From: Ancylonema sp.
Lineage: Eukaryota
Direction: 5' to 3'
NCBI GenBank assembly: GCA_050230475.1
Contig: JBFLGF010000112.1
Span: forward strand, 1 to 64,000
Length of the DNA: 64,000 nucleotides
Position 1 is the stretch's first letter; every line of letters starts with the position of its first letter. Shown one piece after another: positions 11,926 to 24,323 of the stretch. Both the position numbers and the translations under genes were made by a program. The notes under the pieces were generated by a model that did no database searches, was not told where the DNA came from, and was given only the letters and a program-made list of their open reading frames with translations.

Positions 11926-14900
11926 TTATAAGTTTATTGTTCCCGTTTCTATATTCTTAAGCTTCCAGATGCGTTGGACCAATTTTTCGGATCCACAACT
12001 GTTTTGTGGCACGCCTCGTACGCCTGCCCCAACCCTCCAGGGGGTCAATATTGAAACATCATTTTCACTTTCATAAAAGCACTTTGTATAAGACGGGAGT
12101 AATGAGAGGGGGAACAGCATCAATAATCAATAATCAATAATCAATAATCAATAATCAATAATCAATAATCAATAATCAATAATCAATACTGGATAATCAA
12201 TCATCAATAATCAATCATCAATAATCAATAATCAATCATCAATCATCAATAATCAATAATCAATAATCAATAATCAATAATCAATAATCAATAATCAATA
12301 ATCAATACTGGACAATCAATCATCAATAATCAATAATCAATAATCAATAATCAATAATCAATAATCAATAATCAATAATCAATAATCAATAATCAATAAT
12401 CAATAATCAATAATCAATAATCAATAATCAATAATCAATAATCAATAATCAATACACTCGTCCATGAGTACCACACTGCCCTCTTTGAATTGCGATGATT
12501 GTCCACTCGCGTTCGAGTCCATCGCACACAAAATGTCAAAAGAATACAAATAGCAAAGTATTTGTAGTGAAGTGTAGTGTAAGTGAGTCGCCAACAAAAT
12601 CAAATGTTCGTGAATGCTAGTTCCACCAAACGAGTCAGCAACTGTAAGTCCACTCCCCCAGTCGGTATGAAGCCTCAAATCCTGTCACCTCCAATTTATC
12701 GAGCAGCTCCGCAGGCTCTGCAGCGCACACCACAATTTTGCGCGAGTCTCGGTTCACAAACCCCTCCTCTACTGCCTTGTCAAAAAACTCCAACAGAGAC
12801 GAGAAGTACCCCTCTGTGTTCAGCACCCCCACCTGCAAGGCAAGTCCATCAATAGTTCATGACTGCCTCCCCTGCCGTATTTGAAATGCTGTAGTAAGGT
12901 ATCGTCAACAATACAAGCAGAGGCGCTGTCAGGCGCCAATTGGTTGTTGCAATGCGGCTCCGTTATAGCGATTGTGGCGTACACAAGGGTGAATGGTGAG
13001 GGATTCCGAGTGTGAGGCTCCTTATTTCAGTTTCAGGTGTCGGGTTTCGGGTTCACTGTTGTGACTCAGGTTTTGGTCGAAAAGGCGCGCCAGGATGAGT
13101 CGCAGGCAGCACTATTCGACCTTGACCACACATGCTCCATGGAGTTATAGTTTCGGACACTCGGTATGGACATGAGGGTATTTTAGGGTATTTTAGGGTA
13201 TTCTAGGGTATTTTATTTTGTGTTCTGGGCGCGGGTCCTCACTGGCTTGGAATGGATTCCGAGCTGTGACCTGCGCAGATGGAGCCCTCTTATTACAAGA
13301 CGGACCAAAGCTGAGCCCCGGGGCTGGAGGTAACCTCACCATGTGATCATCTGGGGAGGGAAAGAATGGGGGGTTTATAATGTTGTGGTGGAAAACATTT
13401 GCCAGCTGTGAATGGAGAGGATGCCAGGTGGCAAAGTTTGAAGGTCGGACCTCTACGAATTCTTCTAGGGTTCCGAATCCACCTGCACAAACACACAAAC
13501 GCACAAACCCTTCCCCTCCTTCAATCTCCCCTGGCCACGCTGGTTGGGTCATCCGGAATGACTCCTGACCTGGCAGGGCAATGAAGCAATCAGCCGACTC
13601 CGCCATCAACCGCTTCCTCTGTGCCCGTCCGGCAAGGCAGAGGAGACTCACAACCCTGAACCTAGTGCATAGGGCATAGTCCCCATGCTAATGCCAGGTG
13701 GCCATCATTAAAGACTGTAAATACCATGCCAGGTGTCGAAACGGGGAGCATACAAGTGTCATGTAGGCAAAAGAAATCACACAGCTCGATATCTAGGAGC
13801 TTCGTGATGTGCACAACGGTAGACTGGCATGGATTCGATACAAGGGCATTCGGAAGGGTGCAATCAGCGTACGCCTTTTAGTGGGTTGTGAGGAGATGGG
13901 TACCTGCACATTGTATAAACATATGTGTGTGCACATCATTGCTGACATCATCACGCAATGCAATGCTTACCTCATGCATGTCTGCAACTTCTCTCACGTC
14001 TCCCACCGCATCTCCAGAGATCTCCCTTGTCCTGAGGGCGCTAGGAATGATGCTAAATGCCAGACCCCACGCAAAGAAGAGGACGTGTTGACGCTGACAT
14101 CTTAGCAGTTCGAAACAAAATGTTGACACAGAGGTATCCTCATCGAAGCATACCGACTTCATCACATGTCGGCACCACAAGCACGCTGCTTGTAGAAACC
14201 AGACAGTGAATTGAGCTATTGAGGTAGCAGATCTTGGTCTCTTTTTGTTTCGTTCCACGCATGCTTCTGTACGAATTTGGCATGTTCGACACATGTGAAT
14301 GGTACCAGGACTTCCCTTGACACTGGGCTGAGATTGATTCGGTAGTTTGAGAGTTTTGATGAGGGAGGCAGTACAGGCGACAACGATGATGATTCCAAAA
14401 GCAGTCTCCACTTCCAATAAGTATGGGTGCCTCACACCCCCAGGGGGAGGGACTGAGAGCTGACCCAAGCACTGTTCCCCCTCCGCCGCTCACTTCTCTG
14501 GCAATTGCGCCCATAAGGCCCATATTACCCCCGCCATAGACTAACTTCAGGGTCCTCTGGACCTGGACCGAAGCAGAGGTGGAGTCAGGGTCGACTTCAG
14601 CGTCAATGTATGAGACCAGATCGCACCATGCCAGGGAAGAGGCACAGTGCGTCAGCCGCACAGAGTGTCTTCTATTGCATACACAAAGGGCCAGGTGTCG
14701 GATCCTTCAAAAATAATTTCGGTTATACAAACTAACAATGGTGCTTAACAGTTGGCAGAGGCGCGAGACACACGTAGAGCCAGCTGGCACTGTTCGATTC
14801 CACTAAAGTACTGATGAATGATTTCGATATATCTACAGATGCAGTGTCAGCTGCGGAGATGCAAAAAGCACCGATGACTTGTAACTGTCAGGTGTCAAGG

Positions 14901-15100
14901 AATATAGCTGTCAAAGTGGGATAGTAGCCCCTGAAGTGCGATAAGATACATCATGAGAGATTTACCATTTCTTTGCCAAGACGCGTAGCTGCTTCTGTGT
15001 ACGCATTTCGCTTGCCCGATCGATGGCCGCAGTACACGCACACGCTTCGGATGACGTGAGGAGCATAGGAAGCTGTCACAGTGCCAATATCAGACGCCAT
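11926..15100 (-). CDS. LOG: LONELY GUY family cytokinin riboside 5'-monophosphate phosphoribohydrolase
   Basis: Phase-consistent exons 15100-14966, 14562-14465, 14052-13971, 13618-13570, 13482-13451, 13350-13340, 13270-13243, 12832-12689. Motifs [52 protein letters not shown]. The 3' end is either read-through to the TGA at 12635 or a last exon 12081-11926. Confidence 0.92.
12119..12454. repeat. (ATCAATA)n heptamer satellite, about 48 units with ATCAATC and ACTGG interruptions
   Basis: Read directly from the sequence. Confidence 0.97.
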
Positions 15101-15256
15101 TGGATATTTACTGCATCTGTTCTTCAAGCTGTTGCTTTCAGGTCTACAGCCAGCCAGCCAGCGATTGCGTTGGACCTCCACGCTCGCTCGTGGGTAAAAA
15201 GGTGGCAGTATTCCTACAGTTGTATTTCGGGTTTTTTTGGGGTTTTTCAAAATGTC

Positions 15257-15756
15257 ACTGATATTACTGATATTACTGATATTACTGATATTGCTGATAT
15301 TGCTGATATTGCTGATATTGCTGATATTGCTGATATTGCTGATATTGCTGATATTGCTGATATTGCTGATATTGCTGATATTGCTGATATTGCTGATATT
15401 GCTGATATTGCTGATATTGCTGATATTGCTGATATTGCTGATATTGCTGATATTGCTGATATTGCTGATATTGCTGATATTGCTGATATTGCTGATATTG
15501 CTGATATTGCTGATATTGCTGATATTGCTGATATTGCTGATATTGCTGATATTGCTGATATTGCTGATATTGCTGATATTGCTGATATTGCTGATATTGC
15601 TGATATTGCTGATATTGCTGATATTGCTGATATTGCTGATATTGCTGATATTGCTGATATTGCTGATATTGCTGATATTGCTGATATTGCTGATATTGCT
15701 GATATTGCTGATATTGCTGATATTGCTGATATTGCTGATATTGCTGATATTGCTAT
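15257..15756. repeat. (GCTGATATT)n nonamer satellite, about 55 units
   Basis: Read directly; the first four units are ACTGATATT. Confidence 0.98.
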
Positions 15757-16009
15757 TGGACAACGTCGTAGTCCAACCCTGCCGGCAGGGTTTGGTCACA
15801 TGCAGAGACCTGCCGGCAGGGTTGAAGAACTCGGTCCTGTTGCATCCAACTTGCAACCTGGAGGCCTACTTGGAGTGAACTCTACGACGTTGCAGAGTCA
15901 CGCCTAATCTCTCAACCCACTTTCGACCCTGTTTCCAACAGAGACTGTTGAGCACAAACTCAGTATATACCTAGACCTCATTTTCTGTGTCACGGACAAT
16001 CATCCAAGT

Positions 16010-16870
16010 ATGGCCATGCCATACGTATATAAAAAGTCAAAATATGTTGAAAGCTGGATTGCTGCTGAATTAGAGGCATGGGATGGCGTAATGCCCCCTT
16101 GTTGGGACGATACAGAAGCCAAAGTCGAATCCAGTAAGAAGTTCAAGGAACATGTTTTACTGCATTTCCTATCTGTCGAGTCGACCAACGAGCAAAGTCG
16201 ACCTTGCGGCTATATTTCCTTTGCCGTTTGCCATAGAGGGATAGAGGAGAGTTTCGATTGGGGAAGACGAGGTAATTGCAAACTTGTCAAACGAGATGGA
16301 AGCTTTATATTCGAAAAATAATTGGTGCACGCTGGTTGGAAAACCATTCCACTTTGGGAGTTTGTGAACCGGGAGAACATGGTCAACGGAGAAGCCGGTA
16401 TTATACGGTTGTTTATGGATCTAAACCGTCCCTACCATGCCTGCATCAACGAGAAAGCAGGTGGTGGTGGAGCGTCTACAAAAAGATCCAAACCAGAAGG
16501 AGTCCGATTCGGAGTGTATTTGTGTTTGAACAATAGGGGTACTGAACCCTTCGCCATCAACACTGAGAGACTCCTCTCTCGGTTCAGAGGTCCATTGAGA
16601 AAATCGGAGAACGCACTCGCTACCTCTTCTTTCTTTATCAACAAAGAGCACATCGGGAATCTACAGTTCCTCGTGGGTACACTCCAGGCGCTATCAGAAT
16701 CGGGAGTTTTGGCGATGGTCAGAATGGGAAGAGGGATTTGGAACACGTGCAGGAGAGGGAAGCCACAATGACATGCGATGACGATGCATCAAATTGTGGT
16801 CGGGGCAGCGATTTCGAAAGTGAAGGGGATCTACAAGGGCCATGGGTATGGATCCCGTTACTGTGACGAA
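16010..16870 (+). pseudogene. 5' half of an intronless gene split by an LTR insertion (GIY-YIG-like motifs)
   Basis: ORFs 16010-16321, 16322-16771 and the stretch to 16870 share one frame, separated only by single stops. Ends ...GYGSRYCDE at the ACGAA TSD. Confidence 0.6.
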
Positions 16871-17379
16871 TGTGGACGCCATGTTGACGTCCACTCTTGA
16901 CTCAACTCTTAACTCACACAAAACTCAAATAGTGCTCAACGACTATTAACACATACACATACTCAGATGCGCATTCACATACACTTTAAACTCATACACA
17001 TTGTGCGCGACACATAGACAAAGCTTCTTTCATGAAAAGCAAGTGAAAATCAAAATATAGTAGAAGAATTGTCTCTATAGTGGTTTGGTAAGCGAATCTG
17101 AGTCAGTCCGCGAAAAGCCCTACTTGTACGCCGACTTGCATTCAAAATACAACCAAACGACTTATGACCCTAGGTACATCGAACGATCGATCTGAACCGC
17201 GAACCTAAGATCTACACAAACTTAAATACGCGCGCCATGTCAAGCCACGTTGTCACAAACACAATTCACCGATACAACATTACGAACCTAAAATAACACG
17301 TGTCACATTACTACCTATCTTCAATATAAGCACCAAACTCATTTATTCATTTCATAGACGCGTGTCGGACTATATTAGA

Positions 17380-17550
17380 TCGTGTGCTTGTATGGTGAAG
17401 ATTTGTGCTTATACAGCGAAAGTGCTTATAAGATAAATGGTGCCTACTTGACGGCGATATACTTGCACGATGAAATGTGCCTATACGGGAAAGCGTGCTT
17501 ATAAGACGAGAGTGTCTATAACGATATAAGGCGGCTATACGGAGTTGTAC
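17380..17550. repeat. Degenerate ~20/39-bp tandem repeats (GTGCTTATA/GTGCCTATA core), possible DNA-transposon subterminal array
   Basis: The core recurs at about 20-bp spacing. Confidence 0.5.
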
Positions 17551-17674
17551 TTTGTACGATGAACATTATGCAGGTACGGGTATTTACGCTTTAGTTGTAT
17601 TCTGAAGCGCGTGGTATTCCTCGATAAGTTTCGTAAAGTGACACGTGTTCCGTGGACGTATTTAACTTTAAGTG

Positions 17675-18381
17675 TGTCGGACAGAATCTAAGGCCGTAGT
17701 TAGACGAAACGGTATGATTGCTCCGCCACCTGCGGCACATATGGCGGCACCTAAAACGGACTATGCTGACAGCTACATTACCAGCCAGCTTAGGCGGAGA
17801 GCTTCCTGTAACCTGCTTGCAAGATTCACGTCGCGTTCGGGCGCCGTAAGTTGGCTTAAGTGGCGAGAAGGCGACAAGGCGAGATGGGCCAGTTTGCGGC
17901 TCCTGTACACACTAGCGCCGCCAGCATTACGCACTAGGCTGCAGCTGCGCGCCGCCAGCATGACGCTCCAGTTCAAGTGAGGTGAGGTAGAGGGTAACAT
18001 CTGTCCTAGCGTGCTAATCTCTCAGTGGATGAGTTAGTAAGTCGGCTAGTTGAGGCGGCTGAGTCGGCGCCGTAAATTAGTAAGGCAGGATAGGAAGATG
18101 CCGTGCTACTTGCATGATCCACTAGCTGAGGCTACTACATAAACTTGTAACATATGTGATCGGACCTCATTCGGTCCTATCACTCCTCGGGAACCGCTGA
18201 TTATTAAATTGTTACTTACTCTTGTATCATTGATTTCATTTGATTATCGGGCATTTCATTGTGTGTGAATTCCTTGTGCATTTCCTTTACACTTCATCAA
18301 GTTTCGAACACTCTACGTTCAGACCGTTGGCACTGCCTTGCCATAGGTAGACTAGAAAATAAATCTTAGCATTTGCTAGAC
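17675..18381 (+). mobile_element. Possible solo LTR of another family
   Basis: TGTCGG...TAGACA termini and AATAAA near 18358, inside the split solo LTR. No TSD found. Confidence 0.35.
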
Positions 18382-18550
18382 ACGCTTCGGGCGGGTGCTA
18401 TGTTCATTGTTAGCGCGCACGTGTGTGACGCGAGCCTCGACTAGGCTAAGTTGTGATATAACGACATTCCATGTGATACAACGACACATAATTCGCACGT
18501 GCATTTCACTCATTACAACGATGATTGTTATATCGAATATGTTACACGTG

Positions 18551-21500
18551 TGATGCATTGTCAGCCATACTGGGCTACAATGATGAGTGAACTTAAATGA
18601 CAATGAGTCAACCCCAAGACAATGAGTCAACCCCAAGTCATATACGTACACTCATGCTCGATCAACTTCAAGCTTCTGAATGACTCAACACGAAAAGCAA
18701 TCCTTACTGATATGCAATAGATGAAAGTTATTAAGTCATCACACTATATAAGTCGATAGTCCTTTGCTAGGCTAATGTCACAAACGTAACAAACGTAACA
18801 AACGTCACTAACGTAACAAACGTCACTAACGTCATAAGAGTAAAATATGTCACTAATGTCATATACATCACAAATGTCATACACGTTTCAGACTAGCATG
18901 ATTATAGTCAATTAACATAATTGACTTTGCACTTAACAAATAACTAGATCTCCGTCCACGTTATATCGGACTGAAGTCTAAAGCAAACATCGTTCTAAGA
19001 CTATTATTGATTGCTATATACAACAATCCCCCTCACAATCACTAATGGTATTATTAACATTTAACCACTAAGCATTCCCATCAAATTCTTCCCGGCCTCC
19101 AAAACTTGCAAACCAACATTTTTGGTAAGTTGGTCGGCCGCCATTGCCTTGGTCCTCACAAACTGAAGTTCCATCTCTCCACTCTTCACCTTCTCCCGGA
19201 TGAAGTGATACCGAATGCACTGTGCTTGCTTCGCTTATGGAATACAGGGTTTTGTGCAATCTTCATAGATGATGACTGATTATCACACAACAGAAGCACT
19301 CCCAGCCCCTCATGATTAATACCCAATTCCACTTGTAACTGTTGCAAGTAGTAAAGCGCCTCTTGAGCTGAATAATGTGTAAGCGCCATGTACTCAGCCT
19401 CCGTACTGCTGAGCGCCACCACATCTTGAAGTTTACTCCCCCAACTAATTGCAGCTCCTCCGCTCATCATCACGAATCCTGAGCGCCCCCTCTTGGTCTC
19501 TGGATCATTGCCGTAGCTGGCATCGCTATATCCCCATAGCGCCACATCCTCACCCAAAATGTAAAGTAGCCCATCCCCAGCACTACCTTTTACATATCGC
19601 AGCAATCTCTTGGCCGCCTCCCAATGCACCAGTCCCGGGTTCTGACAGAACCGGCTGAGTGTATGAGTGTAGATACTCCCATCGCCAGATCAGGTCTTGT
19701 GCAAACCGCCAAATCGCCAACGCCAAATACATCAAGCTCCCCACATCCCCACCAGCGAGCGGTACGGAATCCCCACCATGGCAGTTTTTTCCTCCTCAGA
19801 TTTTGGACACCCCTCGTCCCCCAAAAGACTTCCCGGCTCGAAAGGTGCGGAGACGGTCTTACAGTCAACGAGGCCAAATCTCTTCACAACTTCCAGAGCG
19901 TACTTCTCTTGTACCAACAATAGATTCTCTCTCCTTGTTTTCGTTAACTCTATCCCTAAGAGAAACTTTGCTGTGCCCAAATCTTTCATTTCGAAATGTT
20001 CTTCGAAGAAGCGTTTTCACCATCTCCAGTGCCTCACGTTGTTTCCACACCACCAGCAAATCGTCGACGTAGATGGCTATGAAGACTCTTGCATCCCCGA
20101 CTCCAAAGACCAAAGACATACACTCCGTGATCTGTTGATTTGTTTTGAAGCGAACGAACCCTATCTCCTCTAGAACTTGATCGATGGTCTGGTTCCACAT
20201 CCTTGGAGATTGCTTGAGACCATTTTAGGAGTTTCCAGACCATACCTTTAACTCCTGAGACACCCTCAGGTATCTCCACAAACGTCTCCTCCTCTAGTTC
20301 AGCATATAGGAATGCCGTTGAGACGTCCATCTGATCGAAGTTCCACCCGTCGGCTACTCCCAGGGCTATCAAAGTTCTAATGCTCTCGAACCGAACTGTT
20401 GGAGCGAAAGTTTCGTCGTAGTCAACTCCCTCCATTTGCCTGTACCCTTTAGCTACCACTCTCTGGCTTTGAACTTGTCGATGTTGCCGGATGAGTCGGT
20501 CTTAATTCGCACAGAACCCATTTGCTGCCGATTACTTTCTTCTGTAGGCCTGGCAACCTCGATGTAGACTCCATTCTTCCAAAGGGACTCGAGCTCACTG
20601 TCCATCGCTTCTGCCTTCTCCGACTGATCTCCTCCCAAGGCCTCCTTGGCTGTCTCAGGGCACATGAGGTCTATTGGTGCCTCATAGATGTCGTCGTAGC
20701 GGGTGGCTGGACCTCCCCGGTTTAGTCTTCCACTTTTCCGGGGTGAGGGTGGAGGTGTGTCTTCATCAACTTCCTCCCCCTCATCGTCTGAATGGTCCTC
20801 GATCAGCGGCGGATACTCCTCGTCGGCTGCTGAAGGGACTGTTGCACTCGATGCTGGGGGAGGGGGAGGAGGAGGAGGAGGGGGAATGTGGGGGGAGGGG
20901 TTGTCTTCATCGACGACAGGGGCTAAATCAGGGAACTCCACGTCGAGCTCCTCATCTTTTATTGTTGCACCCACCTCTCCCTTGTTTCTCCACCACCCAG
21001 GTCCCACCTCTTCATCAAACTCTGCCCCACCCACATTCAGCACCTTGCCCTTAACCGGATCCCATACCCATACCCAGTATGAAGGGCTCTCATCCGAATA
21101 CCCGATCAGTACCCCCTCCTTCTTGACTTCCCCCAACTTCCCCCCGCGCATCCCCTTGTCGATGTCGATTGGGCTGTAGACTTTGCAGCCGAATGAACGT
21201 AGGTGGGCGACTGTGGGTTTTCTCCCGCTCCACCTCCACATTTCTTGAGGGGTAGAAGACTGGTTGGAGACGGGGCCATGATTTCGAAGGTAAGACGCGA
21301 AAACTTCTCCCCAGCTCCCCCCCCGAAGTCCGGACTGCACCATCATCGAATTAGGGTCCGGTTCATTCTTTCCGCCACCCCGTTACTCTGCGGCGGATCT
21401 CGGCGGTGTAAACTCTTGCTTCACCCCTCTAGGCCAGCCAGTCCTTCAAGCGTTTGCTTGATGAATTCACCCCCGTTGTCAGTCCGGAGCGTCCGAGGGA

Positions 21501-24138
21501 ATGGCCACACTTCCTCAGTTTGCACTACCCATTGCTTAAGCCGCTTCTCGGTCTCTGACTTGAGGGCGAGAAGGATTACCCATGACTTTCTTGAGTAGTC
21601 GTCCGTTAGGACGAAGAGGTAGCGCGCCCCCCCCCATGACGGAGGCTTGATCGGTCAGCAAGATCGGCGTGCACAAGTTGAAGCGGTCGATCGGCGAGCA
21701 TAGTAGGGTCCTTCGTACGATGCGGTTTGGCCATCGGCTTCCCGAGCATGCATCCGCGACACACGCCAAGATTTCCCGTGATGCCTCCCTCGAGGCCGCG
21801 AACCATGTTGCCAGAGGTCAGCCGCTGTATAGTCGACAGGGCGGAGTGGCCGGTTCGCCGATGGAGAAGATCGATGGAGATCGTCGGTCTCGCCTCTTCT
21901 GTGATTGGTCCAGATGCGTCTGCTGCGGTCTCGGCCACGGCATCGACTGCGGTAGCGGAGGGAGCGAGTGCGACAACTCGCGAACCCCCCTTGATCCCGC
22001 CAGTTGCGGCAACAGGCTCCACGACGGCGGCAGAAGCACCTGAACCTGGTTTCACCACAGAAGACAGAATGGGGTAGTCAACTTGTTCTCGCAACACCGT
22101 ACGACAGTTCAGGGTCGCTCTCCCTAAAGTGCTTTCGTCCAAACTACCGATGTAATCTCCTGATTTGTTAACCATCCAAATTGTACCTAACTAGTCCGGA
22201 TATTCTAGTCTGACGCTAGCCTGTCTCATTTTTTGTTAACTGAAAAGATTCACTCGATGGTCAGGGACCAATAGAACGTCGTACAAATTAATTTGGATTT
22301 CCTCTCCGGTTTCACTTTCGCATTCATTTCTGACCGTACCAGAAGTTGATACGCTGACGCTGACCTCTCCTACAAGTTGACGAACAATGATTGGAACTTC
22401 TAGCTCCTTATCCTTAACATCCCATAACATCTGGACATTATTACAAATGTGCCTGCTCGCACCAGAGTCCGCTAACCATTCATCACTTGAATTTTCTGAA
22501 ACATTGAACGCGTCTACTTTAATTGTTTCTATCGTCATTCCTTCTTGAGTGTATATCAGGGCGATTTCACGTTTCGTTCCCTTCCCATACTCCACCTTCT
22601 TTGGTCGACCAGCGGAAGGAGTCGGTCGATCCGCGAGCGCCTTCTGAGCCGTAGTAGCTGGCTGCTGACCTCCTCCTTTGGTGCACATATTCTTCTTTCG
22701 CGAGATGTCCCTTCCTCTTGCAAATGTTGTTGCACGAGAGCTCCTTCTTCGGGCAGCTTCTGAGAAGAGGTGCTGAAAGCTGCCGCAGTGCCGCAGCAGT
22801 AGCACGGGTTCGCAGATCCAGACTGAAGTCCTTCTCGTTCTTCGCGTCGTCTGGTCCGAGGTGTTCGCCTGGCGTCGCGACGCTGCGAAGTTTGCCTCGG
22901 AGTGCTCCTTCTCGTCGCGGGCGTCCTCCCTTTCTCTGACAGCAATATCATCTGCTGAAAAATCACTGTTGTCGACAGTAGCGGGACTTGAAGAGAGACG
23001 GAGTCGATGACGGTCCTCCAACGCTCGGTCGGGTGCGTACGTAAGACACTCGTCTTCTGATTCTCCGTTAGCGTAATCCCCTGGAGTAGACACGGTCACC
23101 AATCCAACGAAGCGCTGACGAATTTTTTAGACTGATTCGCCAGCTGTAAACGAAACCGACTGAAATTTTTGGTGAGCGTTTATTCCTTTTGACATTGTTA
23201 GCGTAACATGATCCGCGGCAAGTTTGGTCCATTTGCCGGCTGCCGACGGCAATGCGAGCAGAGAAATTACGTCGACTTGTTCCAATGTCAAAAGAATCAT
23301 TGTGTTTGCCTTCGCCTCGTTGACCGAATACTGGTCGAAGAGGACACGCGATGCGTCGACTTGCATTTGCGTGATACCCACGGTTGCGCGACAGCTGCAA
23401 ACACCTGGAGCAGCTGCAACGCCCCATAAGCGGCAACGATAGCGGGGACTGCAGCAATCGCGGGAGTTGCGCCAGCGCCCAACGTGAGAATTGCCGGTGG
23501 GTACTACCCACCTGTGCCTTGCACATGGCCCCCAAACTTGTCTTCTCCCTGAGCATCTGCTCAAGCACGGTAGACCACCAACGATAGTTACCATCTTTCA
23601 GGATTAGTCTTGGCTTCTGGAAGTTGTCCAGATCGCCCACTTGCTCTAATACCAATTGATGCATTGTCAGCCATACTGGGCTACAATGCTGAGTGAACTT
23701 AAATGACAATGAGTCAACCCCATCTCATATACGTATACTCATGCTCGATAATCTTCAAGCTTTTGAATGACTCAACACGACAAGCAATCCTTACTGATAT
23801 GCAATAGATGAAAGTTATTAAGTCATCACTTGACATTGTTCGGACTATATAAGTCGATAGTCCTTTGCTAGGCTAATGTCACAAACGTAACAAACGTAAC
23901 AAACGTCACTAACGTAACAAACGTCACTAACGTCAGAAGAGTCAAATATGTCACTAATGTCATATACATCACAAGTGTCATACACGTTTCAGACTAGCAT
24001 GATTATAGTCAATTAACCCTAATTGACCTTTGCACTTAACAAATAACTAGATCTCCGTCCACGTTATATCGAACTTGTTGTGACTGAAGTCTAAAGCGAA
24101 CATCGTTCTAAGACTATTATTGATTGCTATATACAACA
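18551..24138 (-). mobile_element. Full-length but decayed Ty1/copia LTR retrotransposon (element A)
   Basis: LTRs 18551-19025 and 23657-24138 (TGTTG...CATCA on the minus strand). PBS TGGTATTAGAGC at 23654-23643; PPT at 19026-19035. Frameshifted gag (NYRWWS), protease (WLADSGASRH), integrase (LVHADL), RT (QMDVSTAFL, YVDDL) and RNase H (YSDASY, LSSTEAEY) in copia order. Confidence 0.95.
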
Positions 24139-24323
24139 ATCTCACGTGTGAATGGGTCCGATGGTAAATGACACGACACGCGCACACACACACAAAACAA
24201 CCAAACTTCACCAAAACACAACAAGAGTGCCCGTTATTCTAAGTTGGCAACTTTGGCCACCTAAAAAAACCATAATACTAATTTAATATACAAGTTATGT
24301 TGCAGCACATATATCACAACGAA

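Larger units (their letters stand above)
16871..24318 (-). mobile_element. Solo LTR related to the 25543-26199 LTR, split by nested insertions
   Basis: 16871-17306 is reverse-complement similar to the 3' part, and about 24144-24318 to the 5' part, of the LTR at 25543. TG...CA termini with identical flanking ACGAA at 16866-16870 and 24319-24323. Confidence 0.8.

Noticed and set aside
15023..15907. Long ORFs encoding (ADI)n and (LIL)n
   Set aside because: By-products of a stop-free 9-bp satellite; no independent coding evidence.
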